DNA of 64,000 nt. Origin: an uncultured Verrucomicrobiae bacterium. Lineage in GTDB: Bacteria; Verrucomicrobiota; Verrucomicrobiia; Chthoniobacterales; UBA10450. Under the pieces are notes generated by a model. It was given only the letters and a program-made list of their open reading frames with translations. It was not told the DNA's origin and searched no databases. The translations under genes and the position numbers were made by a program. Location: positions 806,878 through 870,877 of the forward strand of contig CAVTMK010000004.1 of the NCBI GenBank assembly GCA_963735805.1, given 5' to 3'. The stretch's first letter is position 1. Every line of letters starts with the position of its first letter. Shown here one piece after another: positions 1 to 10,213 of the stretch.

Positions 1-86
1 CTGCTCATCAGGTTCTGCTGGTTCTGCATCGCGTGCGACCTTAACGCAGGCTCATTCGTGAAATCGAGCGGCAAATGGCCATTTGA

Positions 87-929
87 CTAGCGCGCTCCAA
101 GCGAAGTGGGTCTGGCTAACAACCACTCCATTGCCTTATTCAAGTCGGCCAGCGCAGTTCCTTCGATCGGATCATTGTGATGGGCGCCGCGCAATGAGAT
201 TACATGTTTCTCGCCGGCATAAGCATCGACCACCAGCCGGTGATACCGAGCCGGAACGATTTCGTCTTTTTCCGCAAGCAGAAAAATGGCTGGCGCGTGA
301 ATTGCGTTCGCGTTTGCAATGCTGTCGAGATCTTTCGGAATTTGTAATGCAACAGGACCTGCCAGCAGCCATAAATTCCACCAGCCAAATCGCCGCAGAA
401 TCATTTCGCGTAACGGTGGAGGATTCTGCAGAATTAATCCGGTAACCGGGCGATGCGCTGCTACATGAAGCGCAGCGGTCGCACCGAGGCTCGTCCCAAA
501 AGGGATAATTGGCCGGTCGCCTGCACGGCGCCGTAATTCATCAAACGCTGCAAGCGCCGCCGGCCCGATCTTGGAAAGCCGCGCCAGCCCGGTGCTGCCG
601 CCGAATCCAGGATAATTCATTCCCCAGATTTCGATTGCGCGATCATTCCAAATCTCCGCCTCAGCAGCGGGCCAACGCTCAGCGCGGTCAGCGTTACCAT
701 AAAAACGCAACACATAAACGTCCGCTTCGGCTTTGGATCGCGCCAGCGGGGATTGCGCCGTCCAGATTTCCAATTGTTCGTTTTCAAACGGAATAGTTTT
801 TCGAACCGCGCTACCCGCATCGATTGGTGTCCTTGTTGGAAACAGAATCAGGTGGTCCGGCAAATGACCGAAAAATATCACGGCGAAATATACGACGCCG
901 ATTGCAATTAAGCGCCAGGACGACGGCAA
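87..929 (-). CDS. Alpha/beta hydrolase with N-terminal membrane anchor
   Basis: GTSLG nucleophile elbow, YPGFGGS motif, DEIVP acid and C-terminal His (AHHND); hydrophobic N-terminus. Confidence 0.85.
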   Translation of the reverse strand: MPSSWRLIAIGVVYFAVIFFGHLPDHLILFPTRTPIDAGSAVRKTIPFENEQLEIWTAQSPLARSKAEADVYVLRFYGNADRAERWPAAEAEIWNDRAIEIWGMNYPGFGGSTGLARLSKIGPAALAAFDELRRRAGDRPIIPFGTSLGATAALHVAAHRPVTGLILQNPPPLREMILRRFGWWNLWLLAGPVALQIPKDLDSIANANAIHAPAIFLLAEKDEIVPARYHRLVVDAYAGEKHVISLRGAHHNDPIEGTALADLNKAMEWLLARPTSLGAR

Positions 930-1055
930 TATCTTTACTTTCGTGATCAGAGAACTGCGTGCGTGGAAACTTTCTTAAGCCTGCAATTTTCGAGAATCGG
1001 TTCTTGTGATGCAAGTCCCGCAATTAGGCGACTTTTCTAGCACATAACCGCAGGT

Positions 1056-2474
1056 ATGATTGGACTTGTGCAATCCTCCGCAGAAAGGAAAGCGGTTTAC
1101 GGTGCCTTGCGTGAATCAGTGAAACCTGATGTAGCGAGCGCGATTGAGAACCTCATTGATCAGGCGCCGGATGCCGAGCTCTCTCGCGTGAACGCACTGG
1201 CGTTCGCGGTCCGTCACAGCCTGAACGAAGAAGATGTGATCGCCGGTCTTCTGCACGCGTCCCGCCTCGGATTGTTCGACCTGGCGTGGAATATTCTTTG
1301 TCCTGGCTGCGGTGGCGTTCTGAACACTGGCGAAACGTTAAAGACGGTGAATCAGGACGAATACAGTTGCGCGCTTTGCGCCTGTGGTTACGAGCCGACT
1401 CTGGATGAAATGGTCGAAGTCACATTTACCGTCAGCCCGCACGTGCGAAAAATCGCTGCGCATGCTCCGGACACGTTGCCGTGGATCCAGTATTTCAAAC
1501 AGGTGTTCTGGAGCTCCGGGGTTGATATGCCAGACGATGAAGAGTTGGCCAAGCTGGTGGACGAAATCACGCTAGACACAATCGAGCTGCCGCCTGGTGA
1601 GAAAGTCGTGTTGTCATTGGAGTTGCCAAAGGAGTTCGTAATCATTTTCGATCCAGTCGCCCACCTGGCGCATTTCATTGACGTAAAAGGCGAGGCGACT
1701 GGCGAACAGCAATCACTGTCTTTTGTTATGACCAACGATCAGGCACCGACTGCAACGACGCAGATGCGTCCGGGACCTGTGCGCATTTTCCTGGAGAACC
1801 GGTCCACACGGCGGACGTTGCCCGGCCTCTGGATCGCAGGCGACAAGCTGCATCATCTTCTCGGCAGGCGCCGGCCATTCCTGACGGCGAAGCGGCTGCT
1901 CAGCAACCAAACGTTCCGTGATATTTATCGTACCGACACGCTGTCGGTAGATCAGCGGCTCAAGATCACGAGCCTGACATTTCTCTTCACCGACCTCAAA
2001 GGCTCCACCGAACTGTACGAACGCGTAGGCGATCTTGTAGCGTACGATCTGGTGCGCGCCCATTTCCGGTTGCTCAACGAAATCGTCGCGGCCGAAGGTG
2101 GCGCAGTGGTGAAAACAATCGGGGATGCGGTGATGGCGACGTTCCCGACACCGGAGCGCGCGATGGCTGCGGCACTCCGAATGCGCGATGCGTTGAAGGA
2201 GTTAAACGAAGAGTTGGTGTTGAAAATCGGAATTCACCAAGGGCCATGTCTCGCAGTGTCCCTCAACGATCGACAGGATTATTTTGGGCAGACTGTGAAC
2301 ATCGCTTCGCGCGTTCAGGGCCTGGCCAACGCAAGTTCGATTTTCGTTACGCGCCAGGTTGTCGAGCACAGCGAGGCATCAAAGCTTCTACGAGCAAGCG
2401 GCGCGGAGCCAACGGCGCACCGGCGTTCCTTGCGTGGTATTGCCACCCAGTTCGAGATATTCGAAATCGCGTGA
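1056..2474 (+). CDS. Class III adenylate/guanylate cyclase with Cys-rich N-terminal domain (DUF5939-like)
   Basis: FTDLKGST, KTIGDAVMA and DYFGQTVNIASR cyclase motifs; CPGC...CALC in the N-terminal region. Confidence 0.9.
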   Translation: MIGLVQSSAERKAVYGALRESVKPDVASAIENLIDQAPDAELSRVNALAFAVRHSLNEEDVIAGLLHASRLGLFDLAWNILCPGCGGVLNTGETLKTVNQDEYSCALCACGYEPTLDEMVEVTFTVSPHVRKIAAHAPDTLPWIQYFKQVFWSSGVDMPDDEELAKLVDEITLDTIELPPGEKVVLSLELPKEFVIIFDPVAHLAHFIDVKGEATGEQQSLSFVMTNDQAPTATTQMRPGPVRIFLENRSTRRTLPGLWIAGDKLHHLLGRRRPFLTAKRLLSNQTFRDIYRTDTLSVDQRLKITSLTFLFTDLKGSTELYERVGDLVAYDLVRAHFRLLNEIVAAEGGAVVKTIGDAVMATFPTPERAMAAALRMRDALKELNEELVLKIGIHQGPCLAVSLNDRQDYFGQTVNIASRVQGLANASSIFVTRQVVEHSEASKLLRASGAEPTAHRRSLRGIATQFEIFEIA

Positions 2475-2553
2475 CGGTTCACGCTCGTCATGTGTCCCAA
2501 TTTAAAGACCTGCAGCGCGTTTGCCTGGGGACAGGCTGCACCCGGTTCAAATT

Positions 2554-3087
2554 TTAGCTTTTCTTTAAATCCGCTAAATCTTTTAGCACCTGCTCGCTAT
2601 GTTCGGCGGGCTTCACGCCAGTATAAACTTTTGCGACTTCGCCTTTGGGATTAATAATGAATGTATTGCGCGCGGCGAGTTTGCTTCCTTTGTAATCCAT
2701 CACAGATCCATACTCAGTCGAAACTTTCGCATCTGGATCGGCGAGCAGCTTGAAGTTGAGTCCTTCCTTCGTGCAGAAATCCTTGTGCGATTGAGCGGTG
2801 TCCACGCTCACACCCAGAATCACTACTCCAGACTCCTGGTATTTTGCCAGATCACGCTGGAAGTTGCGCGCCTCCAGGGTGCAGCCACTGGTGAAATCTT
2901 TCGGGTAAAAATAAAGCACCACCCATTTTCCGAGACAATCCTTCAGGCTCACCCGCGAACCGTCGCCAGTCGTTAGGCTGAACTCAGGAGCTGGTTTTCC
3001 GACCTCTGGTTGCTGTTGCGTTTCCGCCGCGCCCACGAATCCTAGTGTAGTGAATCCAACTGCTATCGATAAGAATATTTTGTTCAT
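2554..3087 (-). CDS. Peroxiredoxin, BCP/PrxQ family, with signal peptide
   Basis: YFYPKDFTSGCT peroxidatic motif; N-terminal hydrophobic signal. Confidence 0.9.
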   Translation of the reverse strand: MNKIFLSIAVGFTTLGFVGAAETQQQPEVGKPAPEFSLTTGDGSRVSLKDCLGKWVVLYFYPKDFTSGCTLEARNFQRDLAKYQESGVVILGVSVDTAQSHKDFCTKEGLNFKLLADPDAKVSTEYGSVMDYKGSKLAARNTFIINPKGEVAKVYTGVKPAEHSEQVLKDLADLKKS

Positions 3088-3146
3088 TTTCGCATCTCCT
3101 GATTTCTGACGAAGCTACCAATGTTTGAATTGCAATCAAAAGGAAG

Positions 3147-3680
3147 ATGATCTCGCTAATCTGGACAGTTGGTCATTCGACGCGGGCGATCGACGAATTC
3201 ATTTCATTACTTCAGGCACATCACATCAAGCTCCTCGCCGATGTTAGAAGCTTGCCCGGATCGAGGCGTTATCCGCAGTTTAATCAGGAGACACTCGCTG
3301 ACTCGTTAGGCAAAGTTGAGATCCGCTACGAACATTTTCCCCAACTTGGCGGACGACGAAAGCCAAGTTTGGATTCACGTAATCTCGCCTGGCGTAATGC
3401 CTCATTTCGTGGTTACGCCGATTACATGGAAACAGATAAATTCCACAAAGGTATCGAGCGTTTTCTCAATCTCGCAAGCGAGTCAGGACCAACTGCCATC
3501 ATGTGTGCAGAAGCGGTTTGGTGGCGTTGTCATCGGTCACTGATTTCCGATTACCTTAAGGCGCGCGGCGTCGAGGTGATGCACATCCTCGATGCAAATA
3601 AAACTCAGCTGCATCCGTACACTTCGGCAGCGCGAGTTGTGAACGGGAAACTTAGTTACGCAGAAAACACACTGCTGTAG
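3147..3680 (+). CDS. DUF488 family protein
   Basis: TVGHS, DVRSLPGSRRYPQF, LGGRR and CAEAVWWRCHR motifs. Confidence 0.9.
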   Translation: MISLIWTVGHSTRAIDEFISLLQAHHIKLLADVRSLPGSRRYPQFNQETLADSLGKVEIRYEHFPQLGGRRKPSLDSRNLAWRNASFRGYADYMETDKFHKGIERFLNLASESGPTAIMCAEAVWWRCHRSLISDYLKARGVEVMHILDANKTQLHPYTSAARVVNGKLSYAENTLL

Positions 3681-3772
3681 CAAAAGTCGATGACCGCCGG
3701 CGTGATTAGGAAGGCCGATTCGCGTTCTGACGCTCACTGTCTTCACCAGCTCCGACGCGGAGTAGCGGGCTG

Positions 3773-4282
3773 CTATTTCTTATTCCAGTCTCGATGCGCG
3801 ATGTGCGCCGGAACAGGTGGCCTCTGCTTCTCGTCTTCCATCATTCGCTCAGTTAGCCATTCGACCCATTCAAAGTATGTGTCTCGTTGAGCGTCTCTGC
3901 GCAGATCTGCGATGTAGCGGGATAACTTTCTCCAGGAGGCAACAATGGGGCCACTAAAAAAATCACCGACCAGATCAAGCGTCACCTCGCGACGAAATAC
4001 CAGCAGGCCAAGACTTTCCCAGGTTAACGAAACCATGTAAACGGCGTCTTCGCCATCCGGTCCGAGTAATTCATGGATCTTCTTTGCGTCGGCGCCATCT
4101 GGAAGTGAGAGCACGCGGCGAAGTGCACTGGTAAACACCGGACTCTGGAATGATTTCACAAGCTCAAGCATCGCTTCCCTTCGCCTTTGTTGGCGGTAAT
4201 AACGAATTTGCACCCCTGCGAAAATGACGCCGGCCGTCACGGCAAAAGCATTGATTAGATTTGCGAGAGTCGAGAGGTCCAC
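3773..4282 (-). CDS. Membrane-anchored hypothetical protein (DUF4760-like)
   Basis: N-terminal TM helix followed by QIR; WESLGLLV and YFEWVEWL pattern; starts immediately after the serpin stop. Confidence 0.6.
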   Translation of the reverse strand: MDLSTLANLINAFAVTAGVIFAGVQIRYYRQQRRREAMLELVKSFQSPVFTSALRRVLSLPDGADAKKIHELLGPDGEDAVYMVSLTWESLGLLVFRREVTLDLVGDFFSGPIVASWRKLSRYIADLRRDAQRDTYFEWVEWLTERMMEDEKQRPPVPAHIAHRDWNKK

Positions 4283-4283
4283 C

Positions 4284-5549
4284 TCAGCGAGGATCGGTTA
4301 CACGGCCGAGAAAAAGACAGACGCCGCTGGGCACATGCTGAATTGCATAGACGAACGGCCGATCGACCTTCACCTCAATTGGCGGCGGTTTTGGGCCCCG
4401 CATCGCCGTGGCCCTCATCATTACAACGGCAGTCGCGGCGGCCGCTTCCGTTCCCTTTTCGTCCACAGCAATGAAGGTCTTGTGAAAGACATTGGAGATG
4501 TAGAGGTAATCATTCGGCTTGCGTGGCGCCATCTTGTCGAAATTGGCGCTACCTCGCGGAATATCGAATGCGCTTTTCATTCCAAGTGCCTGAAGTTTTT
4601 CCGCGAGGGCAACGGTCGGCGGTTCGAGCTTGAACTTTGGCAAATGCAGATCGACATCCCGCGCTTCGAGCCTCGCGCATCCTGCTAAAACGTCCGCGGT
4701 GAGCTTCGTTTCCAATGCATGCAGACCATTTATCTCGTCGGGAAGAAGAATGAGAAATTGGAGGTCGTCTCCAATATAGGGAACGCTGACTGCCAGGAAG
4801 CCCTCGCGCTTGGCATAGCCAAATCGCGCGGTTTTTCGCATCATCGGAACATTTACCGGAGCGCCGCCGCGGATGTAGAACAATTCTGGCTGCGTTGTCT
4901 TTTCGGAAAATGCATCCGCCCAAGGTGCTTTGAGATAAAGTGCGTTCGCCAGCACGAGCCGTGTCAGCTTATTCAGTGCGTTCGCAGGGATGAGATCTCG
5001 AATTTTATCGTGCGTCTGGTCTGCCACCCATTGGTTGATGTGCTGTGTCGCGGCCGCGGGATCTGCAACGAAATTGAGCGGCTCAAATGCAGCGCCGTAG
5101 TTTTGTTTTACCAGCGACAAAAAATTCTGACGAAAATCATAGTCTTTTTGAGCGAAGAGGCGGTTGGCGATGTTTAGCGTCATTGGTTCGCTCGGGCCGC
5201 CAAATTCCTTGGATTTCTTCACCATTTCGGCCGTCTTCATGCTCATTTCTTCCAAAGAATACTGGAGGGAAGCGAACGACGCAGACACCGCGCTCGGGTC
5301 AGTTGGAAAATGGAGCACGCTCGCCATCTCGGTGCGGGTGTCGCCATCAGCGCCGGCGAACGTCATCGCGAGGGCGTTTTCAATCGAATAGGGTGAAATG
5401 CAAAGGTTGTCGTTGCCTGTGGCGAGTTGGCGGTGAAGATCGACAGCGAACTCGTTTGTCGCTTTTGCCGCCAGGTCGAAATTTGTCGCGGCGTGCGCCA
5501 TTGCAGGGACCAAAGCGCCGAATAGCTGCAATATCAAAAGGCGTTTCAT
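4284..5549 (-). CDS. Serpin (serine protease inhibitor), secreted
   Basis: ISPYSI, NALYLKAPW, hinge DEKGTEAAAAT, DRPF...LFLGRV; signal peptide. Start is 5549 or 5558. Confidence 0.95.
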   Translation of the reverse strand: MKRLLILQLFGALVPAMAHAATNFDLAAKATNEFAVDLHRQLATGNDNLCISPYSIENALAMTFAGADGDTRTEMASVLHFPTDPSAVSASFASLQYSLEEMSMKTAEMVKKSKEFGGPSEPMTLNIANRLFAQKDYDFRQNFLSLVKQNYGAAFEPLNFVADPAAATQHINQWVADQTHDKIRDLIPANALNKLTRLVLANALYLKAPWADAFSEKTTQPELFYIRGGAPVNVPMMRKTARFGYAKREGFLAVSVPYIGDDLQFLILLPDEINGLHALETKLTADVLAGCARLEARDVDLHLPKFKLEPPTVALAEKLQALGMKSAFDIPRGSANFDKMAPRKPNDYLYISNVFHKTFIAVDEKGTEAAAATAVVMMRATAMRGPKPPPIEVKVDRPFVYAIQHVPSGVCLFLGRVTDPR

Positions 5550-5683
5550 GCAAGCCATGAAACATTAAAATGGCGAAGCTTGCGACGCTATTTTGGCGCG
5601 TTCGTCTCAGTGTTGATGGCCTGTGCCAGGATCATGCCGGGTTCGACCCGTTGAAGAGCGCGCGTTCCGTGTGACAATTTCCC

Positions 5684-7489
5684 ATGGATGAAGCAAAAAT
5701 CCCGACTCGCGCTGATATCTCCGACTCTGACAAGTGGGACCTGAAGCATGTTTTTGCTAATGTCGGCAAATGGCAGGAAGACTTTGCCTGGCTCCAGCAA
5801 ACCTACCCAAAGTTTCAGGACTGGAACGGCAGAGTAGGGGAGTCGGCGGAGACGCTGGCAGCACTACTCGAATTCGAAAAGTCGCTCGATTTGAAGTTCG
5901 AGCGCATTTATCACTACGCGTCACTGCAACTGGCGGAGGATAGCACCAACAACGAATATCTTACACGGATTGGACAGGTTCAGAATCTGCTCACAAAGAT
6001 CGGCGAAACAGCCGCGTTTGTTGTTCCCGGAATTCTGTCGATTGGTGACGCAACATTTGCCAAATTTGTTGCCAACCCTGTGCTCGCTGAATGGCGGATC
6101 AAGTTGCACAAGATTCGCCGAATGAAACCGCATGTGTTGTCGGTACCCGAGGAACGTCTTCTTGCGCTGGGCAGCGTCGCGCTGAGCGGTTACGATGACA
6201 CTTTTTCACAACTGACCGACGTGGACATGAAGTTCGGCGCCGTGACCGACGCGGCCGGTCGCGAGAAACCGCTTACCCAAAGCTCGTTCAGCTCATTCCT
6301 GGTCAAGCGTGACCGTGGGCTACGCCAGCGCGCTTTTCATCAATTCCATGCAGAATTTCGCGACCATCAGTATACGCTTGCCGCGTCACTTGCTTACTCG
6401 GTCAAAGCAGATGTCTTCCACGCGCAAGCGAGACATTATTCGTCTGCTCTCGAGGCTGCACTATTCCCGGATGATGTGCCGATGGCGGTTTATGACGGGT
6501 TGATTCGATCGGTTCGCGTAAATTTGAAACCGCTTTTTCGCTATTTCGATTTGCGCCGCCGAGCGCTTGGGTTGCAGGAACTGCATCACTACGACACCTA
6601 CGTGCCGCTTGTTCCGGAAATCGAGACTCGTTTCACGTTCGATCAGGCCACCGAAATGGTCTTGGACGCGCTCGAACCGCTTGGGAAGGAATATGTAGAT
6701 ACTCTCGCCGAAGGGCTACGTACCCGTCGCTGGTGTGATCGATACGAGACGAAGGGCAAACGCAGCGGCGCGTTTTCATCCGGAAGCTATCAAGCGCCTC
6801 CCTACATTCTGATGAATTATAAGGAGGATGTCTTCTCCGATGTGTATACGCTTGCACACGAAGCGGGTCACTCGATGCACAGCTGGTTCTCGCAAAATTC
6901 ACAGCGGTTTCAGGATTACGAGTATCCGATTTTCCTGGCCGAAGTTGCATCGACGTTTAACGAGGAGCTCCTCACCGATCATCTGCTCAAAACGACGGAC
7001 AATCCCAAGATGCGCGCCTACATTATCAACCGGCAGATCGACGACCTGCGCAGCACATTGTTCCGGCAGACCATGTTTGCTGAATTTGAAAAGATAATTC
7101 ACGCTATCGAAGAAAGCGGCGACGCGCTGACCCTTGACGTTTTTAGATCCCATTATCACAAGCTGCTCGAAACCTATTTTGCCGAAAACTTCGTGCTCGA
7201 TCCGGAGCTGGATTTGGAATGCCTGCGTATTCCGCACTTCTATCACGCGTTCTATGTCTACAAGTATGCGACGGGAATTTCAGCTGCGGTGACGCTTTCG
7301 CAGCGCGTGCTTTCCGGAGAGCCAGGAAGCGTGGAAGCGTACCTTGGTTTTCTGCGTTCCGGTGGCTCGAAGTTTCCACTGGAAACATTAAAGGCAGCAG
7401 GAGTGGACATGACCACGCCCACGCCGACTGAGAGCACTTTGCGTTTATTCGAACAACGGCTCGACGAGTTCGAATCGCTGTTGCTGTAA
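5684..7489 (+). CDS. pepF: Oligoendopeptidase F (M3B)
   Basis: HEAGHSMH zinc motif, AEVAS, IPHFY...YVYKYATG. Confidence 0.95.
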   Translation: MDEAKIPTRADISDSDKWDLKHVFANVGKWQEDFAWLQQTYPKFQDWNGRVGESAETLAALLEFEKSLDLKFERIYHYASLQLAEDSTNNEYLTRIGQVQNLLTKIGETAAFVVPGILSIGDATFAKFVANPVLAEWRIKLHKIRRMKPHVLSVPEERLLALGSVALSGYDDTFSQLTDVDMKFGAVTDAAGREKPLTQSSFSSFLVKRDRGLRQRAFHQFHAEFRDHQYTLAASLAYSVKADVFHAQARHYSSALEAALFPDDVPMAVYDGLIRSVRVNLKPLFRYFDLRRRALGLQELHHYDTYVPLVPEIETRFTFDQATEMVLDALEPLGKEYVDTLAEGLRTRRWCDRYETKGKRSGAFSSGSYQAPPYILMNYKEDVFSDVYTLAHEAGHSMHSWFSQNSQRFQDYEYPIFLAEVASTFNEELLTDHLLKTTDNPKMRAYIINRQIDDLRSTLFRQTMFAEFEKIIHAIEESGDALTLDVFRSHYHKLLETYFAENFVLDPELDLECLRIPHFYHAFYVYKYATGISAAVTLSQRVLSGEPGSVEAYLGFLRSGGSKFPLETLKAAGVDMTTPTPTESTLRLFEQRLDEFESLLL

Positions 7490-7546
7490 GCCGTCTATGT
7501 CAGAGGGCATGGTGTTTGCGTTGGCGTCTCACAGAAACGTTCTACA
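7485..7546. repeat. Degenerate REP-like inverted repeat overlapping the pepF stop codon
   Basis: Left arm tgtaagccgtctatgtcagagggc versus reverse complement of right arm tgtagaacgtttctgtgagacgcc. Confidence 0.55.
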
Positions 7547-7555
7547 ACTTCCAAT

Positions 7556-8716
7556 ATGCAGCTCGATCCGGAAGGAGTTCGCCAGCGATTAGAACCTCTG
7601 TTCCGGGAAAACTTCGAAAAGTTTGGAGAGTTGGGCGCGGCGGTTTCTATCTGGCAAGATGGAAAACCAGTTGTCGATCTTTACGGCGGATTTTGCGATA
7701 CCCGCCATGAAAAACCTTGGGAAGCCGGGACGCTCGTCCTCATCTGGTCCGCTACCAAGGGAATTGGCAGCGCATGTCTCCTGCACGTGTTACAAGAGCA
7801 TAAGGTCGATATAAGCACTCCAGTAGCGGAATTTTGGCCGGAATTTGCTCAATCCGGCAAAGAAAAGATCACGCTTGCGCAGCTTGTTTCACATCAAGGC
7901 GGTCTTTGCGCGCTGGATCAGCGAGTCGACATACTCGACTACAATGCAGTGATTGGGGCAGTTGAAGCGCAGAAACCGTTGTGGCCCCCAGGGAGCGCAC
8001 ATGGTTATCACGCTCGCACGTTTGGATTCCTGCTGGATGAACTCGTGCGTCGAATCACGGGAAAAACGCTGTCGCGGTATTGGCGCGAAGTGTTTGCCGA
8101 GCCGCTTGGTCTCGATCTTTGGATCGGTTTGCCGGAAAAAGAAAATTCACGCGTTGCAACTATTTACGCTGCAAAAAGCGGCAACCCGCCGGAGGCGAAA
8201 AACCGCGAGTCCGGTTCGGACTTTTATGTTGATCTGGTCACGCCCGGCACACTGGCGCGCAAAACATTTACGTCACCATACGGATTGCAGTCCGTTAGCG
8301 GTATGAACACTCCCGCTATCCGCGCCCAAACAATCGTTTCATTTGGCGGGATCGGGACTGCGTCCGCGCTTACAAAGTTTTATTCCATGCTTGCGAGTGG
8401 CGGAGAATTCGGTGCGCAACGCTTTTTCTCGAGCGAAACGATTGCATGGATGACCACCACGCTGGCGGATGGCTCAGACCGGGTCTTTCAAATGCCGACA
8501 GCGTTTTCGGCCGGGTTCATGAAAGATCCGCGAAGCACAACGCGTAGACTGTTCGGCCCGTCGACGAACGCATTCGGTCATCCGGGCGCCGGCGGCGCCA
8601 ACGTCTTTGCCGATCCTGAAAACAGACTTGCCTTCGCATACACCATGAACCAAATGGAACAGCAGATCTTGCCTAACGAGAAATCCTTGCGCCTGATCGA
8701 TTCCATTTACGAGTAG
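7556..8716 (+). CDS. Serine hydrolase, beta-lactamase/esterase family
   Basis: SxxK (SATK), HGYH, FGHPGAGG. Confidence 0.9.
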   Translation: MQLDPEGVRQRLEPLFRENFEKFGELGAAVSIWQDGKPVVDLYGGFCDTRHEKPWEAGTLVLIWSATKGIGSACLLHVLQEHKVDISTPVAEFWPEFAQSGKEKITLAQLVSHQGGLCALDQRVDILDYNAVIGAVEAQKPLWPPGSAHGYHARTFGFLLDELVRRITGKTLSRYWREVFAEPLGLDLWIGLPEKENSRVATIYAAKSGNPPEAKNRESGSDFYVDLVTPGTLARKTFTSPYGLQSVSGMNTPAIRAQTIVSFGGIGTASALTKFYSMLASGGEFGAQRFFSSETIAWMTTTLADGSDRVFQMPTAFSAGFMKDPRSTTRRLFGPSTNAFGHPGAGGANVFADPENRLAFAYTMNQMEQQILPNEKSLRLIDSIYE

Positions 8717-8771
8717 GCACTCGAACCAGCTGGACTTGAGTGTCACCGCATCCCGGCTGGCAGCGCGATCC

Positions 8772-9191
8772 CTATTCGCCAATGATTGTGAGCGAGATTT
8801 TTCGCCGATGCGGTGCGCGACGATGTTCGAACAGGAAAATGCCCTGCCAGGTTCCCAGCTGCATTTCACCATCAACAATGGGTACTGTCTCGCTGGTACG
8901 CGTTAGCACCATGCGAATGTGCGATGGCATGTCGTCGCTGCCTTCGGAGTCGTGCGTGAAATAATCCGCATCTTCGGGCACGAGCCGGTCGAAGAATTTT
9001 TCCAAATCGCGTCGCGCTGTGGGATCAGCATTTTCCATGATGATCACGCTGCAACTGGTGTGCTGGACAAAAACGGTCGCCGTCCCGTCTTGTATACCGC
9101 ACTGGCCGATCTTTAACTGCACTTCTTCCGTGATTTCGTAAAGTCCCTTGCCGTTGGTTCGAATCTCAATCCGATCGTGGCAGATGCTCAT
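8772..9191 (-). CDS. yjbQ: YjbQ/UPF0047 family protein
   Basis: HTSCS..ENADP, DDMPSH, LGTWQGIFLFE. Confidence 0.9.
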   Translation of the reverse strand: MSICHDRIEIRTNGKGLYEITEEVQLKIGQCGIQDGTATVFVQHTSCSVIIMENADPTARRDLEKFFDRLVPEDADYFTHDSEGSDDMPSHIRMVLTRTSETVPIVDGEMQLGTWQGIFLFEHRRAPHRRKISLTIIGE

Positions 9192-9336
9192 TGGTTTAGT
9201 GAAAGCTCCGTACCATTTCCGTGTGGAAAAATAAACAGAAAGAGGTTTCCGGCCGCTTCCGTCGGAATGACAAACAAGGCGGAATCAGGTTTATCGCGCG
9301 TTGATCTCTGCATCAGCTGATGCGTAATAGTCATTA

Positions 9337-9885
9337 GTGCGAGGCGATCTGGAAAGGGTGTTGTTTGATGAGCCGGCGATTCACCGGCGCTTGGATGATA
9401 TGGCCGCGAAGATTTCCACGGACTATAGCGAACAGGAATTAACTGTGATTGCAGTCTTGCATGGGAGCCTGATGTTCGTCGCAGACCTGCTTCGCCGAAT
9501 TCCACTTCCCCTGAAGCTGGAGTGTCTCAGCGTGGCTAGTTATTATGGAAAAACCCAAACCAGCGGCGAGGTCGGTTTCAAACAGGTCACCGTCCCGGAC
9601 ATCGTGGGTCGCGATGTTTTGATCGTAGACGATATTTTGGATAGCGGTCATACGCTCGCCGCGATTCGCGAAACGTTGGAGACGGCAAGGCCGAGCAGTA
9701 TCCGGACGTGCGTGCTGTTGAGCAAAAAGAAACAACGCGCCCGGGAGGTCGATACAGATTATGTTGGATTTGAAATCGAAGACGAATTTGTGGTCGGTTA
9801 CGGGCTCGATTTCAGGGAACGGTATCGCAATCTGCCTTATATAGGAGTGCTGAGAAGAGAATTGCTGGAGCGACCGGACAGATGA
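9337..9885 (+). CDS. hpt: Hypoxanthine phosphoribosyltransferase
   Basis: VDDILDSGHTL PRPP loop; FVVGYGLD; YRNLPYI. Confidence 0.95.
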   Translation: MRGDLERVLFDEPAIHRRLDDMAAKISTDYSEQELTVIAVLHGSLMFVADLLRRIPLPLKLECLSVASYYGKTQTSGEVGFKQVTVPDIVGRDVLIVDDILDSGHTLAAIRETLETARPSSIRTCVLLSKKKQRAREVDTDYVGFEIEDEFVVGYGLDFRERYRNLPYIGVLRRELLERPDR

Positions 9886-10127
9886 AGGTGCGATTACAAT
9901 TTTACGCGCAATTGCGTGATCTGGTTGGAATGCGCGAGATGGATATCGATCTCGCGGAGGGCGCAACTGTCCGCGATCTGCTCGACGAAATCTATTCGCG
10001 ACAACCCAAGCTTCGTTCGCATGACAAAAGCATCTTGGTTGGCGTAGGCGTGGAATTCATAGATCGAAATTACAAACTTAAACCGGGCGAGGAGATTTCA
10101 GTCATGCCACCCGTGCAGGGCGGATAA
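9882..10127 (+). CDS. MoaD/ThiS family sulfur carrier
   Basis: 81 aa ending PPVQGG; ATGA overlap with hpt. Confidence 0.9.
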   Translation: MKVRLQFYAQLRDLVGMREMDIDLAEGATVRDLLDEIYSRQPKLRSHDKSILVGVGVEFIDRNYKLKPGEEISVMPPVQGG

Positions 10128-10213
10128 GCTTGGCAGTGTGCATAAGACTGACCGCCTCCCTAACGCGAAAATGATCTAGCTTGAGGCGCGTCGATTCCGT
10201 GCGCGCTTCTAAT

